A program made the position numbers and the translations under genes. A stretch of DNA of 63,544 nucleotides, counting the filler, from Octopus bimaculoides (lineage: Eukaryota), in assembly GCF_001194135.2 (NCBI RefSeq). It is 6 parts of 6 records of this genome, joined end to end, with 100 filler letters (N's around TTAATTAATTAA, not from the genome) between each part and the next. Parts side by side here need not be neighbours in the genome. Positions count along the whole stretch, not along the records: positions 1 to 15,815 come from NC_068984.1; 5 more parts are not named here. One strand, written 5' to 3'. The notes under the pieces are model-generated. The model was given only the letters and a program-made list of their open reading frames with translations, had not been told where the DNA came from and did not search any database. Every line of letters begins with the position of its first letter. Position 1 is the stretch's first letter. Shown here in pieces: positions 1 through 12,869 of this stretch.

Positions 1-45
<45 letters not shown>

Positions 46-642
46 ACACAACATATGCACACACACACATCTTCTACTACAGCCTCAGGCCAACCAGTCT
101 TGTGAGAAGATTTGTTAGTCAGGAACTGAAAGAAGCCCATCATTATATATATGTGTGTGTATATATATGTGTGTAAATATGTATACATGTATATATCTAT
201 GTGTGTGTGTGTGTGTATGCATGTATATATGTATGTGTATGTATCCGTTTCTCTTTGCCTTCACATTACATGTAGTTGTAAATGATTGTCACTGTCATAC
301 AAGCACTGTCATTCATTTCCAATATTCTGTGAGAACATGTCCAGCCATGGGGAAATATTATCTTGTTTGCAAACAGCTGATGGGTGGTGACATGTAGGGT
401 ATCTGGCTGTGGAAAATCTTCTTTCCTGCAGCTGTTTCAATAATTCTTAATTAACATTACAATAGCAATAATTTTTAAAATATGAATTAAATTAAATTTG
501 GTCTAATATAGATTGAATTTTCAAAAGAAAAAGAAAATAAAAACTTGAAAAGTTGAAAATGAGTGTGTACATAGGTGTGTGTGTATTGTGTTTGCATGTG
601 CATTTGTGTATGTATACATATGCATGTATGTCCCTGCTTTTC

Positions 643-1809
643 TCATATGTAGAAATCTAAGAAATCTACTTTTTTGAGGTTAGTATCTATTGTAATCCGC
701 AAGACTATCCTTTGGAAGAAAGCAATTAGATCCTTCCTAAGTTTATCTAATTCATGGCCGTTTAAATTATAGGTGACTATAAGGCCGTCATCCCTATACA
801 ATCCTGCATCTATAAACGGGAATTCTAGCTTCAGATTGTGCAAAATGTAAGCTCCTATAAGCGTACATAACTCAGCCCCGTCGTATTCCCCCATCGGTAC
901 ATCGAAAAGAGAATACTCACTCTTTTTAATCCAGGTAGATTCCTCATAAAAAAGAAGTGATTTTCTTGCATGTATGATAATATCTATTTCCAAGATATCG
1001 ATGTTGACATACATGTTTGGCAAATTCTAATACTTTCAGGAGCAACGGTTTGGATATTGGTGGATAAAAATCAACAATATCAAACTGCGTAAATTTGCAG
1101 TTACGCTTATGGCTAATCCCTTTAAATCAATCTATTACTGACTTATTATTTTTCCAATTCTGTAAATCTAAATCACTATCTAATTAGTTAAAATGCGATC
1201 TAAAATATATTTGCTAATAATTCCTATTTCAGTTTTTGCAGGATTAATCAATCTACATTTGGGGTTTCTATTAAATTTGGCTTTATGGTCTTTTAGGATA
1301 ATAAAAGCAGGTTGGGGGGAAAGGTATTCTATTCTATCGCTAATCTTAAGATTGTTAGCTATTCTTCTTGCTTCCAAATTCACCTCTTTGTATAAATTTG
1401 AGTTATCTTTTTTGTATGTATCTGTGATGCTATTCGAAATTAGATGCTTGTAAACGTCCTTATCAACCGCATATAAGTTTTTTGCCTTGTCAGAATTAAC
1501 GAAGATCTTATTGGAGTTGTTAATTTCTGTAATTTTTTCTTTCATATCTCTCTGTAGATGGTTGGTATATTTACGGAATCTAATTTTTCTAATAAGATCG
1601 AAAAGGTCTTTTTCGAAGGCTTCTAATTCCAGAATAGGTGGTGGATTCCAGGAATATTTAAGTCTGTATTTGTTTCTGTTAGTTTTTTGTTTAGTGTCAA
1701 AGAAGGCTTTCCATCTCAATCTTCGAACAAACTCTTCTGTCTTCTCTATAAGACTTTTAAGATATTGCTTCTGTGCAGGGATAGGTATATTTTTTTGAGA
1801 AAACTCCAA
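643..1809 (-). mobile_element. Penelope-like element, frameshifted N-terminal plus RT fragment (tentatively Hydra-clade type); endonuclease absent
   Basis: ORF 1180-1809 begins FSQKNIPIP...LIEKTEEFVRRLRWKAFF and contains CRLINPAK. The frameshifted linker reads CKFTQFDIVDFYP (~1050-1095). ORF 643-1023 has MGEYDGAELC and GLYRDDGL (catalytic YRDD ~786-800) and stops at VDFLD. The annotated start at 1809 is TTG, not ATG. Confidence 0.88.
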
Positions 1810-2143
1810 TGGGTAAAGTCGGCTAATAACATACTATATGGGTAGTATATTTTTAATAATTTTTGATTCCTTGAAACCAGTTTGCAATCTCACTATTGGA
1901 TTTGTACCTCATTATACATGATTTACTTAGCATTGCAAGAATATGGTATAGATCCCTACGTTTTTTAAGAAAGCCTTCGACTGTTATATGCATAGTTTTC
2001 TTGATTTTATTTTATTTGTATTTATTTTTAAATATTTTGTAAACAAATTTAACCGTTTTTATGGATGGTTCAATATATGGGATTCTATTATGAATGTATT
2101 TTGCCCAATTTCCGCTATTTTACACTCAGCAATTTCTTAAAAA

Positions 2144-2466
2144 GTATCTTTTCCTTTTGGCCGGCACATAGAAAAATAATTTTTTGTAACTAAACACTTT
2201 CAAATTTTGTATCCTGGTAGAATGCATCATTTAAAACATCATTTACTCTTGGCGTTTTNNNNNNNNNNNNNNNNNGATAATTTTTTGACAAATCCTGTGT
2301 GACTGACTTGCTTCCTGCTTGTAGCTATTTCACAAATTTCACTCAGCTAATATGCTTAGAAAAGGAAGGCTGAAATGTCACAACCCTTTTTAAATCATCC
2401 AGTAGACGAAATTTGAAAGTATTTACAAAAAATATTTTCTATGTGCCGGCGAAAAGGAAAAGATCC
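2144..2466. mobile_element. GGATC-type MITE, older copy with ~80-bp imperfect TIRs
   Basis: Left end gtatcttttccttttggccggcacatagaaaa is the inverse of right end ttttctatgtgccggcgaaaaggaaaagatcc. Flanks cttaaaaa / cttaagac match 6/8, consistent with a decayed TSD. Confidence 0.7.
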
Positions 2467-2953
2467 CTTAAGACCTAAAAGTTTTTTATGTAGATGTCTG
2501 TATCGTAGCAATGCATATGTATTTGTGCGTCTATGCTTATGTATAGAGCCTATGTTTATACTTGTGCACATACATACATGGTTTCGTGTGTGTGCGTCTT
2601 TGTATATGCGTGGGGTAAGAGTGTATGTTTATATTTACACATACATACATATATTCGTGTGTGTGCGTCTATGTTACATATGAGAATGTGCGCTCATGCA
2701 TATACACATACATGCTTGAATGTGTGCGTACGCATGTATACAATTATATTTGTGTGTAATCGTGTACATATTATATATCTGTATACGTGATGCTAATTTA
2801 CATTTTTGTATACACATATATACGTAATCCAGTTTTGTGCGCGTTTGTTATATACGCTACACCTCTTTCTTTCTCTATTTCTTTTTTCCTCGCGAAAACC
2901 ACTTTCTTCCTTTCTATATTAGTAACGTCCTTTATCTATACGTTACTCTTCTT

Positions 2954-3078
2954 AACCCTTACTTCTCCCCTCCATAAGTTTAAGATACACTTGCCTGTAA
3001 CCCTTACTTCCTCTCTCTATAAGATACACTTGCCTGTAACCCTTGCTTCCGCCCTCTATGAGATACACTTGCCTGTTC
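2954..3078 (+). repeat. Minisatellite, ~39-bp unit x3
   Basis: Unit CCCTTACTTCCTCTCTCTATAAGATACACTTGCCTGTAA at 3001-3039, with variants on both sides. Confidence 0.85.
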
Positions 3079-3504
3079 AAACGCTGAATAATTTTCTTAT
3101 GCGATCATGATTGCGTGCAAATGTGTATATGTATACATGCGTATTCGTGCATATATTTATGTCTTACAAATATATGCCTATATACGTATATTGTCTGTAC
3201 GCATGCATCTGTGTATTTTGATGTATATATGTATGTTGTAGATAGTCTAGTGTGCGTATATACTGTCGTAAATTTTTTATTGTTTTTATTTTAATGCAGC
3301 GTAAATTTTATTTTAATTTTAATGTGTTAATTGAGCGATAATTCGAATATAATTACTTACAATATGTATTTTGAACCCACTTTTCAATTTAATGTTTTCT
3401 TTGATTTAAAAAAAAATAGGATGAATCTAAATTGAATTCATTTATTTTGATTATTTTCTTCATTGCATACTTAAGACCGTTATTTGAAACGACCAACGAT
3501 CGAG

Positions 3505-3813
3505 ATCAGTAAGGACATTCGAGCGAGATCGTTACCAGTGCTGCTGGACTGGCTCCCGTGCAGGTGGCACGTAAAAGACACCATTTTGAGCGTGGCCGTT
3601 GCCAGTGCCGCCTGACTGGCCTTCGTGCCGGTGGCACGTAAAAGCACCCACTACACTTTCGGAGTGTAAGAAGAGCGTTAGGAAGGGCATCCAGCTGTAG
3701 AAACTCTGCCAAATCAGATTGGAGCCTGGTGTAACCACCTGGTTCACCGGTCCTCAGTCAAATCGTCCAACCCATGCTAGCATGGAAAGCGGACGTTAAA
3801 CGATGATGATGAT
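3505..3813 (+). mobile_element. Retroposon 3' end with RTE-type tail and internal tandem duplication
   Basis: Duplicated ccagtgc..gactggc..gtgc.ggtggcacgtaaaag, then ggaagggcatccagctgtagaaa...catggaaagcggacgttaaac and a (GAT)n tail. Degraded antisense pieces of the same tail lie near 8900-8960 and 9730-9900. Confidence 0.6.
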
Positions 3814-3874
3814 TATTATTATGTATGTACCAGTGTGTGTGTATATGTGTGTGCATGTGTATGTGTGTAATTAT

Positions 3875-4248
3875 CTGCCTTGAAGAAGTTTTAGTTGAAT
3901 GAATTGACCCCAGTACTTATTTTTTGCTTTAAGTCTGGTACTTATTCTATTGCTTTACAGAAATGTAAAGAAACCAACACACACATTTATATATACATGT
4001 GTATGTATATCGATGTGTGTGTCTTTGAATTTGAGTTTGTGCCCCTTTCCACCACTCTTTACAACCAGTGTTGATTTGCTTACATCCTTGTAACATAATA
4101 GTTCATCAAAAGAATTCAATAAAATAAGTACAAAAGCTTAAAACAGAAAAAAAGTACTGGGTTCAATTTATTCAACTAGACCCTTTGAAGTGGTGCCCCA
4201 GTATGGCCACATTTCAATGACTGAAACAACTAAAAAGTAAAAAAGATG
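3875..4248. mobile_element. Degraded SINE family B tail pieces (minus at ~3875-4000, plus at ~4030-4248)
   Basis: gtggtgccccagtatggcc..tcaatgactgaaac..aaaaga tail shared with younger copies such as 61265-61583. Confidence 0.6.
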
Positions 4249-4498
4249 TATGTATGTCCCAAATTGTAGGCTACAGTTTTTGCCCCTAAATAGCTGAAAT
4301 TGTGCATAGGGACTCATCTTTTGAAGATCAAGGTCATAGACTATAAGACTTAATCTTATACTTCCTATAAACCTAAGTAGGGCCAGATACTACAGCTAGT
4401 TATTTATATAATTAGTTTTATGTCATATACGTTTACATTGTAAATTCATATACCACCAGCATTGACTTTGCCTTTCATTCTTCTGCATCTGATGAAAT

Positions 4499-5252
4499 GG
4501 ATCTTGTTCAAAACGGGGGCACCAGTATTTTCTTAACGAAACACTTTGAAACTTGGGACACTGGTAGAATGTGTCATATAAAACATCTTTTTTTCTTAGT
4601 CTTCTTAACAAAAAAACGTACATCGCAAGTTATTTCATGTTAAAGTTGTATTTCTGTAATTTCAACCAATGACTGACGTCCATTCAGCCGAATACATTAA
4701 GTGCTGACTACGTAAACAAACGATTCTCAAACGATTCTGGCGGTGATAAAATTATTATTTCCTTGTCAAAAAATGACTGAAGCATATTGGCAGTAGCTAA
4801 TAAACCTTTCTATTATAGGCACAAGGCCTGGTTTTTGAGGGAAGGAGCAAGTCGGTTAGGGTTAGGGAAAACGAACACACGTGTNNNNNNNNNNNNNNNN
4901 NNNNNNNNNNNNNNNNNNNNNNNNNNNNNNNNNNNNNNNNNNNNNNNNNNNNNNNNNNNNNNNNNNNNNNNNNNNNGCCTCTCTGCAAAATGTCAGAAGT
5001 AATGGAGATTAAATACGCTTTACACCACTTAAACTGCCAAAGGAGTAAGTGTAAACAGCTGAATACTTGTCAGTGATTGGTTGAAATTATCGAAATAAGA
5101 CAATTTTTTACATGAAATAAATTTGAATACAAAATTTTTTTCTGTTCTATAACACAAAATAGATAAGTATACGAAGTTTGAAAGTCTTTCGGTACCAAAA
5201 ATACTACATAAAACATAAATGAAAACTGGTGCCCCCGTTTTGAACAAGATCC
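4499..5252. mobile_element. Non-autonomous DNA transposon (MITE), GGATC termini, 8-bp TSD
   Basis: TIR GGATCTTGTTCAAAACGGGGGCACCAG at 4499 and its exact inverse ending at 5252. TSD GATGAAAT at 4491-4498 and 5253-5260. Confidence 0.93.
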
Positions 5253-5410
5253 GATGAAATTACTATCAGTAATATGCCAGTTTCAGCATTCACTCCCCAG
5301 GTGAAGAGAGGTTAAAAAAGTCAAACTATCTTTAATTTGGTTTTCTTGTTTATCCTCATTTATGGTCATGAATGTTAGGTAATGACGAAAGGAATATCAT
5401 CTCATAAATA

Positions 5411-5750
5411 ATCAAGCGAAATGGGATTCTTCTGAAGAATCTCTGAAGTAATGTTACTTGATAGGATGCACATCTCGGAGATCAGGGAGTCTCTCCAGAT
5501 CTAGCTGCTATTTTTCTAGATTGTGAGTAATGTGCTCCAGTACTATGGATATGTGGTTAGGATGCCACAGGAAAGGGTTGTAAGATAGATTCTTCAAGCT
5601 AAACCAACTGGCAGGAGACCTAGGGGTAAACCACAAGTGAGATGGTTGGATAATATCCATAGTGGCACTTGGTCTTACTTGATAATCTAGCAGGAAAGTT
5701 CAATGGAGGAGGTGTCTGAGAACTCTACCCATGCAACCCTTCTGAGCAGC
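5411..5750 (+). mobile_element. RTE-clade LINE C-terminal fragment, degenerate
   Basis: Reads ..YGYVVRMPQERVVR*ILQAKPTGRRPRGKPQVRWLDNI, the RTE G-H/Y-V-x-R-M / RPRGRP..RW.D terminal pattern. Confidence 0.75.
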
Positions 5751-6382
5751 AAATATGAATGGCTGGATAATACACAGAAAATCAATTCATTCATATATAA
5801 CACACGTACCCTATATTTCTGGTCTTGTAAGATTTTATTATAAATTTTGTTTCAACCAGTTTTGCAATTATGTTGATATGAAAATAGAAGTAAAAATATT
5901 TTTTACAACTATTTGATAAATGCAACTATTTTGATAAATAAAACCATGTTCACATATATATATATATTTGTTTTCTTTTTCTATGAAGTAAACTCTTTGA
6001 ACTTTGTTTAATAGATAAGCTCAAAACCAAAGAGCAAAATGTCTGCAGAATCAGCCTTCCGTTCACAAACCAAACGAGATACCTCGAGCTTTCAGACAGC
6101 TGCACAAATTCCTGGTCCATGTATGTGTTCAAAACTAACTTTCTCTTTCTCTCTCTCTCCTTCTGTCTGTCTATCTATCTATCTATCTACTTGTTTCAAT
6201 TTCTATGATATAGAAAAAATGGTAAAAATATGCAAATATCTAATAAATATTCTGATATTTAGTCTTATCTTTCATATCATTAATATTTCACCAAGTTTTA
6301 TGCAGTGAATAGTAAAAAAAATTAATAAAATCACAAAATTACTGTGTAGCATTTAGTTTGAATGTCCCTTACATTCTGAATT

Positions 6383-6764
6383 TGGTGGAGGCGCAATGGC
6401 CCAGTGGTTAGGGCAGCGGACTAGCAGTCATTGGATCGCGGTTTTGATTCCCAGACCGAGCGTTGTGAGTATTTATTGAGCGAAAACACCTAAAGCTCCA
6501 CGAGGCTCCGGTAGGGGATGGTGGCAAACCCTGCTGTACTCTTCCACCACAACTTTCTCACTCTTTCTTCCTGTTTCTGTTGTACCTGTAATTCAAAGGG
6601 CCAGCCTTGTCACATTGTGTCACGCTGAATATCCTCGAGAACTATGTTAAGGGTACACGTGTCTGTGGAGTGCTCAGCCACTTGCACGTTAATTTCACGA
6701 GCAGGCTGTTCTGTTGATCGGATCAACTGGAACCCTCGACGTCGTAAGCGACGGAGTGCCAACA
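6383..6764 (+). mobile_element. Full-length tRNA-derived SINE, family A
   Basis: A box tggcccagtgg, B box ggttttgattcc, tail ..gacggagtgccaacaac. 12-bp TSD ACATTCTGAATT at 6371-6382 and 6765-6776. Other copies at 12315 and 21843. Confidence 0.92.
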
Positions 6765-7131
6765 ACATTCTGAATTCAAATCCCAGTGGAGTATTTTTGA
6801 TCCCACTGAAGCCAATAAAATCCTTTTATATTCTAAGTTTAAACCTTTCTAGGAATGAATTTACCTTATACCTCGCTAAGAGAGAGAGAGGGAGGGATCA
6901 GTAAAATAATTAACAGTGTTCTATATTAGAGACTGGATCATTTGGTTAGATCTCCTCCCCTACAAATTCTGATCTTGTGCTAAATATATTAATCTGTATT
7001 TAACCAGAATATTCTCAGTTCATCTTTGTGTCTCTTAATGTCAACTATCCCATATTCATTTCGGTCTTAGACCGCAATCATGAGCCTTTGCTACAGTGTT
7101 TTATCATATGTATGGCAAACACAACAAACTA

Positions 7132-7460
7132 TCTTTTATCTTTTACTTGTTTCAGTCATTAGACTGTGACCATGCTGGGTCACCATCTTGAGCAGTGAAA
7201 TGAATTGAACCCAGTACTTATTTTAATTTTTTTAAAGCCTGGTACATATTCTATCAGTCTCTTTTGCCAAACTGCTTAGTTATGGGGATGTAAACACATC
7301 AACACCATTTGTCAAGCAGTGTTGGGGAGGGGGGTTAACACAGACACACACACACCCATACATACAATGGTCACATACCAAATCCACTCAAGGCACTTGG
7401 CCAAGGTGTCATGCAGTGGGATTGAACTTGGAACCATGTGGTAGGGAAGCAAGCTTCTTT
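7132..7460 (-). mobile_element. SINE family B, degraded
   Basis: cttttacttgtttcagtcatt..gactgtgaccatgctgg tail through ccaaggtgtcatgcagtgggattgaac head region, in reverse. Confidence 0.75.
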
Positions 7461-7559
7461 ATTTCATAAATATTTGCCATAAAGGCATTACAAAGAGGGG
7501 ACAAACAAGGACAGACAAACATAAAAGGGGTAAAGTAGCTGTATCAATTAAATATTTAC

Positions 7560-8520
7560 AATTTTAAATACACAATAAAAATTGGATTATATTTACAATG
7601 TTCGATTGAAGTATTGCTCATTACAGATGCAATCTGTAATGGCTTTCCTGAAGGATAGGCATCTGACCACCAGGGTAGACCCCTTGCTTTTTCTTTCCCT
7701 TGTTTTTGGCTCCCACTTACCTGGTGCCAAACACTCCCAGCTTCCTCGCCACAGGCTTCCATCTTCTCATGAATCTGTCTCGTGGCAGATACCTCTTCTC
7801 CAGCCTGATCTTACTACTGAGGTGGTAACAAAAAAAGTTAACTAACCCCTGGCCAGATACAAAGGTATCTGTCACTATGCCTCTTACACGTGTCTTCCAT
7901 ACTGTTTCTCTCAGTATGGCTACTACGCAGGAAAAGCAAGCCTTCCTTTCCCTGTTGAGGGAAGGAGGCGGCACAATCTCAATAATAGATTCAGCTGATA
8001 GCTGTACTCTTCCCATCGATGACAACAGTTGTTCTGTGAAGACTATCAGTCTTGTGAATTCCGGACATTCCACGAATGCATGCAAGACGGTTTCCCTGTC
8101 CTGCCTGCACCTCAGATATGTCAGCGATACGGCACTTCCGTGCCTTGACAGTTTATCACGAACATGTAACGCCGCACGGAAGCACTGCCAAGCCAGGGAT
8201 TTCTGGTAATTGTCCAGATACCCCGGCCTGAAAATTCTCCTGAACAGGTTGGTCAACTGATTTTCATTGTAGCCCAAGGTCTCCCCCAAGGCATCTTCGG
8301 ACCTAAATCCCACTAACCCGCTATAAAAATCCGTGGTGGAACTCCTGTTGCCAGCATTGCCCGCCCAAGAGAGTAGCTGAAGTGCCTGTCAGCATTCCAA
8401 TTGCCAGACCCCCAGCCTAGGTCTCTGCTTGATCCAATTACTAACGTCCGTTAAGGACGTTAATTGCGGAAGGTAGAACCGGACATGCGGTGACCACACC
8501 TGCTCACACAGCCACACCTG
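7560..8520 (-). mobile_element. L1/Tx1-type LINE, 5'-truncated ORF2 C-terminus plus 3' UTR
   Basis: ORF 7717-8313 has the degenerate zinc-knuckle CLRCRQDRETVLHAFVEC pattern (first Cys lost) and a W-K-T-R motif typical of L1/Tx1 ORF2 ends. Confidence 0.8.
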
Positions 8521-8539
8521 TGCTTATGTTAAACTAGGT

Positions 8540-8665
8540 GATAATTTTTTGACAAATCCTGTGTGACTGGCTTGCTTCCTGCTTGTAGCTATTTCACAAA
8601 TTTCACTCAGCTAATATGCTTGGAAAAGGAAGGCTGAAATGTCACAGCCCTTTTTAAATCATCCA
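8540..8665 (+). repeat. 126-bp near-identical copy of MITE-internal sequence 2276-2401
   Basis: Direct comparison gives 3 substitutions and no indels. Confidence 0.95.
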
Positions 8666-8840
8666 TTTTGATGAAGTGATGTCATGAAACTGAATATATT
8701 TATCGCACTAGTGTAGTGGGGATAATAATATTAAATCATATCTCTCTGCTGTTTAAAAGTCAAATGAATAAAAAATTTTATATTAACTTCATCTTTAGAG
8801 TTACAATATTTTGATATTTACAACATCATTATCTTCATCA

Positions 8841-8875
<35 letters not shown>

Positions 8876-10115
8876 GCTTTACATCTGCCTTTTTAATTTG
8901 GAATTACATGGGTTTTCTGAGGCAGTGTTTTTCAGCCAGATCCCCTTCCTATCACTACCCCTTTTAATTACCTTTTAAAACACATAGGGATGGAGTATCC
9001 ACTAAAGAATTGTGTTAGCTGCATGGTAAAATAGATGTCAAATAGTACAGATATAAATATTAAAACAAAAAATAGTTTCATTGTTAAAAATGAGGTCAGT
9101 ATCCACCATTCCTTCAGAATATGAGAACTTAAAAATAACTCAACACTAAATAGTAAACAAGTTGTTATATTGATGGAAGCATATAAGAAGTGCTTTAGAT
9201 TAATAAAACTGGGGAAATACACGTATTCTGGTTTAATTCTTCCCTACAACATAAGTGTAACATTCAATTACTGGTTATTTTAGAAAAAGATTCCTTTCCC
9301 CAACATATAATTATCAAAAGCTCTTTAACAAATACTAGCTTGATCCATAGAGATTCCATAGTTTATAATTGTTCTTATTATTTTGATGCATAAATTTATA
9401 GATTTTCATAAAAGGGAGGTTTATGCCACATGTTGAGAGGCTAAACTATGATAGACATCATGGATGGACAACTCTATTGTACAGTGCATATAAAATGGTT
9501 TTTAAAAAATCTTGACTGGTACTTATTTTATTGGCCCTCAAAGGATTAGAATCACATTTAACCTTGGCAGGAATTTAGCTCAGAATATAAAATGCAGCTA
9601 ATTGCTACAAAGCATTTAATTCATCACAATAGAAATTCAGTCATCCACTACCTTCTTCAAACATTTTAAGGCCACTATTCCTGCTAAAGCTGAAGTTAAC
9701 CTTGAAGGGCCCATGACTGTCTAATCATTCTCACCGTGGTTTCTGTTTTGAGACAATGTTTTATAGCTGAGCACTCTGATACTAACTCTTAGGGACACTG
9801 TTCATCACTGGCATTTTACCTCTGTTTTTCCATTTTAGCATATATGAATGGTCTTTTTGAGGCAGTGTTTTATGAGTGGTTGCCCTTCCTGAGGCCAAAC
9901 ATTTAAGTTGCTCCTTACTACACACAGTTTTAAGGTATATCTGTCCTAAAACTGGGATACACTACTCTGAGTATGCAAATATTATGAATTGATTAATTAT
10001 TTGATAAAAAACTAAGTTCTGTAATACTATACTTAGTTATGATAAATGTTGCAGTAAGTGTATGTGAGATTAATCTTCACTTTCTTGTCCAAGACATTTG
10101 TGTACTTGGTAATTT

Positions 10116-10771
10116 GGATCTATTTTAAAACGGGGGCCACAGTTTTCATTAATGTTTTACATAGTGTTTTTGGTATGGAAAGACTTTCAAACTTCGTATA
10201 CTTATCTATTTTGTGTTATAGAACAGAAAAATATTATTGTATTCGAATTTATTTCATGTAAAAAATTGTCTTATTTCGATAATTTCAACCAATCACTGAC
10301 AAGTATTCAGTTGTTTACATTTACTCCTTTGGCTGATTAAGCGGTGTAAAGCGTATTTAATCTCCATAGCTTCGTTTTATTTGCTTTTTTCATTTTAAAT
10401 TTGCTTTTTTCATTTTCTTTTTTTTTTCTTCGTTTTATTTGCTTTTTTCTTNNNNNNNNNNTTTATTAGCTACTGCCAATATGCTTCAGCCATTTTTTGA
10501 CAAGGAAATAATAATTTTATCACCGATAGAATTGTTTCAGAATCGTTTGTTTATGTAGTCGGCACTTAATGTATATCGGCTGAATGGACGTCAGTGATTG
10601 GTTGAAATTACAAAAATACAACAACTTTAACATGGAATAACTTAGGGATTTCTTTTTTTTTTTAAGAAGACTAACAGAAAAAGATGTTTTATATGTCACA
10701 TTCTACCAGTGTTCCAAGTTTCAAAGTGGTTCGTTAAGAAAATACTGTGGCCCCCGTTTTAAAATAGATCC
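10116..10771. mobile_element. GGATC MITE, second copy, inverted relative to 4499-5252
   Basis: Perfect 28-bp TIR GGATCTATTTTAAAACGGGGGCCACAGT. TSD GGTAATTT at 10108-10115 and 10772-10779. Confidence 0.93.
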
Positions 10772-11469
10772 GGTAATTTTTCTCAGAATAAGTTCTCATA
10801 GTAAATAGTAGAACATGTTCAGATAGAATAACATGTCCTATAAAAAATGCATGAAAATTGCTGCAGTAATTTAGTTCAATAGGCTTAGAAATAAAGCAAA
10901 ACAATGACTATTGTAGAAAAAAAAAATCAGTATCCACACAACTTAAAAATTTGTAAAATATTGGGTGTGACATAGAAAAGGAAATAAGGTACAGTCCAAT
11001 TTACATTCCCACCAATCTACATTCCTATTCTACCACTATCATTGTAACCCTTACAGTGCACACATACACATTCAGATATTCACACAAACACTAACACATA
11101 CATTAACAATTATTGAGCTCAGATTTTGTCCTTTAGCTCTTCTGTTATATATTATTAATTATATATTTAATAATATAGTACTGTCTTACTAATATTATAC
11201 CTTGTAATTTATAATTATGCTTTATAAAATTGGTGCCAAGCCACAGTTTTTAAGGGATAATTATAGCCTATTTAATGCAACTTAGTATGTGATAGTTACT
11301 TATTTTATCAATCTTGAAAATATGAATGGCAGCCAACTTTCACAGGACTTGAATTCAGAAAGGTAAATAAAACTAATACCATGATCCATTTAGTCTCGTA
11401 CTTTACCATCTCTACCGCTTCATTGTCCTAATGTAATCCTTTCTCATTTTGATGTAAGACAAGCGATTT

Positions 11470-11655
11470 TGAGGGGAGGAGGAAATCAATAACATTAACC
11501 CCAATGCTCAACTTGTACTTCTTTTATTGACTCCAAAAGGATGATGAAAGGCAAAGTTGACCGCAGTGGCATTAGAACTTAGAATATAAGGAGCCAGAAG
11601 AAATGCCACTAAGCATTTTGTCCAGTGCAGTATTGATTCTGCCAGTTTCCCACCT
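11470..11655 (-). mobile_element. SINE family C (Nin/Deu-like domain), degraded
   Basis: aaaaggatgatgaaaggcaaagttgacc..gaacttagaa matches the family C core. Confidence 0.6.
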
Positions 11656-12314
11656 TGTTATCCTAATGCAATATGCAATGTTTATATTACATGGTGTAAT
11701 ATAAATAATGCAATGTGAAATTGTCTCTTAGTTGAGGAAGATAACCACCTAGTTGTGAGAGTTTTCTGCATGATATATTTCATATGAGATCTAACTGCTA
11801 TATGCCAGTTATCACAGGCAGCTTCTACTAAGAACCTGTAATATTTGCAGGAGTTGTTATAGGTTTGAAATAAAAGCTATATCTCCCTTAAATCACACAC
11901 TACTATCTTAGAAGAGGAAGTTTTATATTAGTCAGTATAGTCCTAGATAGAGAATAAGATGGGGTGGTCGTGGCAGGAGTGCCTTTACTCATAGGTCTAC
12001 TTGATTATAGATGACTTGGGGCTAAACAACAACCAGGTTCCAGATCTAATAGCAAGTCAGATCTATTTGGTGGTGGGTGACTGTTTTCTGCACAGTGTTG
12101 CAAGCCAATAAGATGAAGAATGAAAACAATATTATAGAAAAACAGTCACAATTTTTGATAGCAAATCCAGTTACAAGAAAAATGTTTCGTTTCACTTAAA
12201 TACCATAAATAATAGTTAAAATAAAAGAATAGATATTATAAGTCATTTGTCAACTGACAATACATGACTAGTATACAACAATGACAGCAGGATTTATATA
12301 ATGGCATATGTACT

Positions 12315-12694
12315 GTGGAGGCGCAATGGCCCAGTGGTTAGGGCAGTGGACTCGCAGTCATAGGATCGCGGTTTCGATTCCCAGACCGGGCATTTTGTTT
12401 ATTGAGCGAAAACACCTAAAGCTCCACGAGGCTCCGGCAGGGGATGGTGACGAAGCCTGCTGTACTCTTTCACCACAACTTTCTCTCACTCTTACTTCCT
12501 GTTTCTGTTGTGCCTGTAATTCAAAGGGTCAGCCTTGTCACACTGTGTCACGCTGAATATCCCCGAGAACTACGTTAAGGGTATACTTGTCTGTGGAGTG
12601 TTCAGCCACTTGCACATTAATTTCACAAGCAGGCTGGTGCGTTGATCGGATCAACTGGAACCCTCGACGTCATAAGCGATGGAGTGCCAACAAC
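12315..12694 (+). mobile_element. Full-length SINE family A
   Basis: Same head and tail as 6383-6764. TSD ATGTACT at 12308-12314 and 12695-12701. Confidence 0.92.
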
Positions 12695-12869
12695 ATGTAC
12701 TAGGAGAAACACCAGCTTCAGGGCTGTTTTCTTCTACTTAATATAATATATGTATGTGATGTGTAAGTATGTGTATTTCTGTCTTCTAACACAACATCCA
12801 TGTTAAATTGGATATAAAGATTGGCTTTTAGTATTAATACTAATTTTGTAATACTAACTTTGTAGGACA

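Noticed and set aside
643-1809. Possible selenoprotein-type (Naiad) Penelope
   Set aside because: There is no N-terminal GIY-YIG and no in-frame TGA pattern; the breaks are ordinary frameshifts and TAG stops.
6383-6470. tRNA-Arg-like sequence with A and B boxes (also 12315, 22150-22225, 22396)
   Set aside because: These are SINE heads: each continues into a SINE body, and the family A copies have TSDs. They are not tRNA genes.
7716-7724. Perfect CAG|GTAAGT donor on the minus strand
   Set aside because: It lies inside the Tx1 relic with no matching exon evidence.
8668-8690. TTGATGAAGTGATGTCATGAAAC, hammerhead-like
   Set aside because: C3 is missing, stem II is poor, and no stem I or III can be built.
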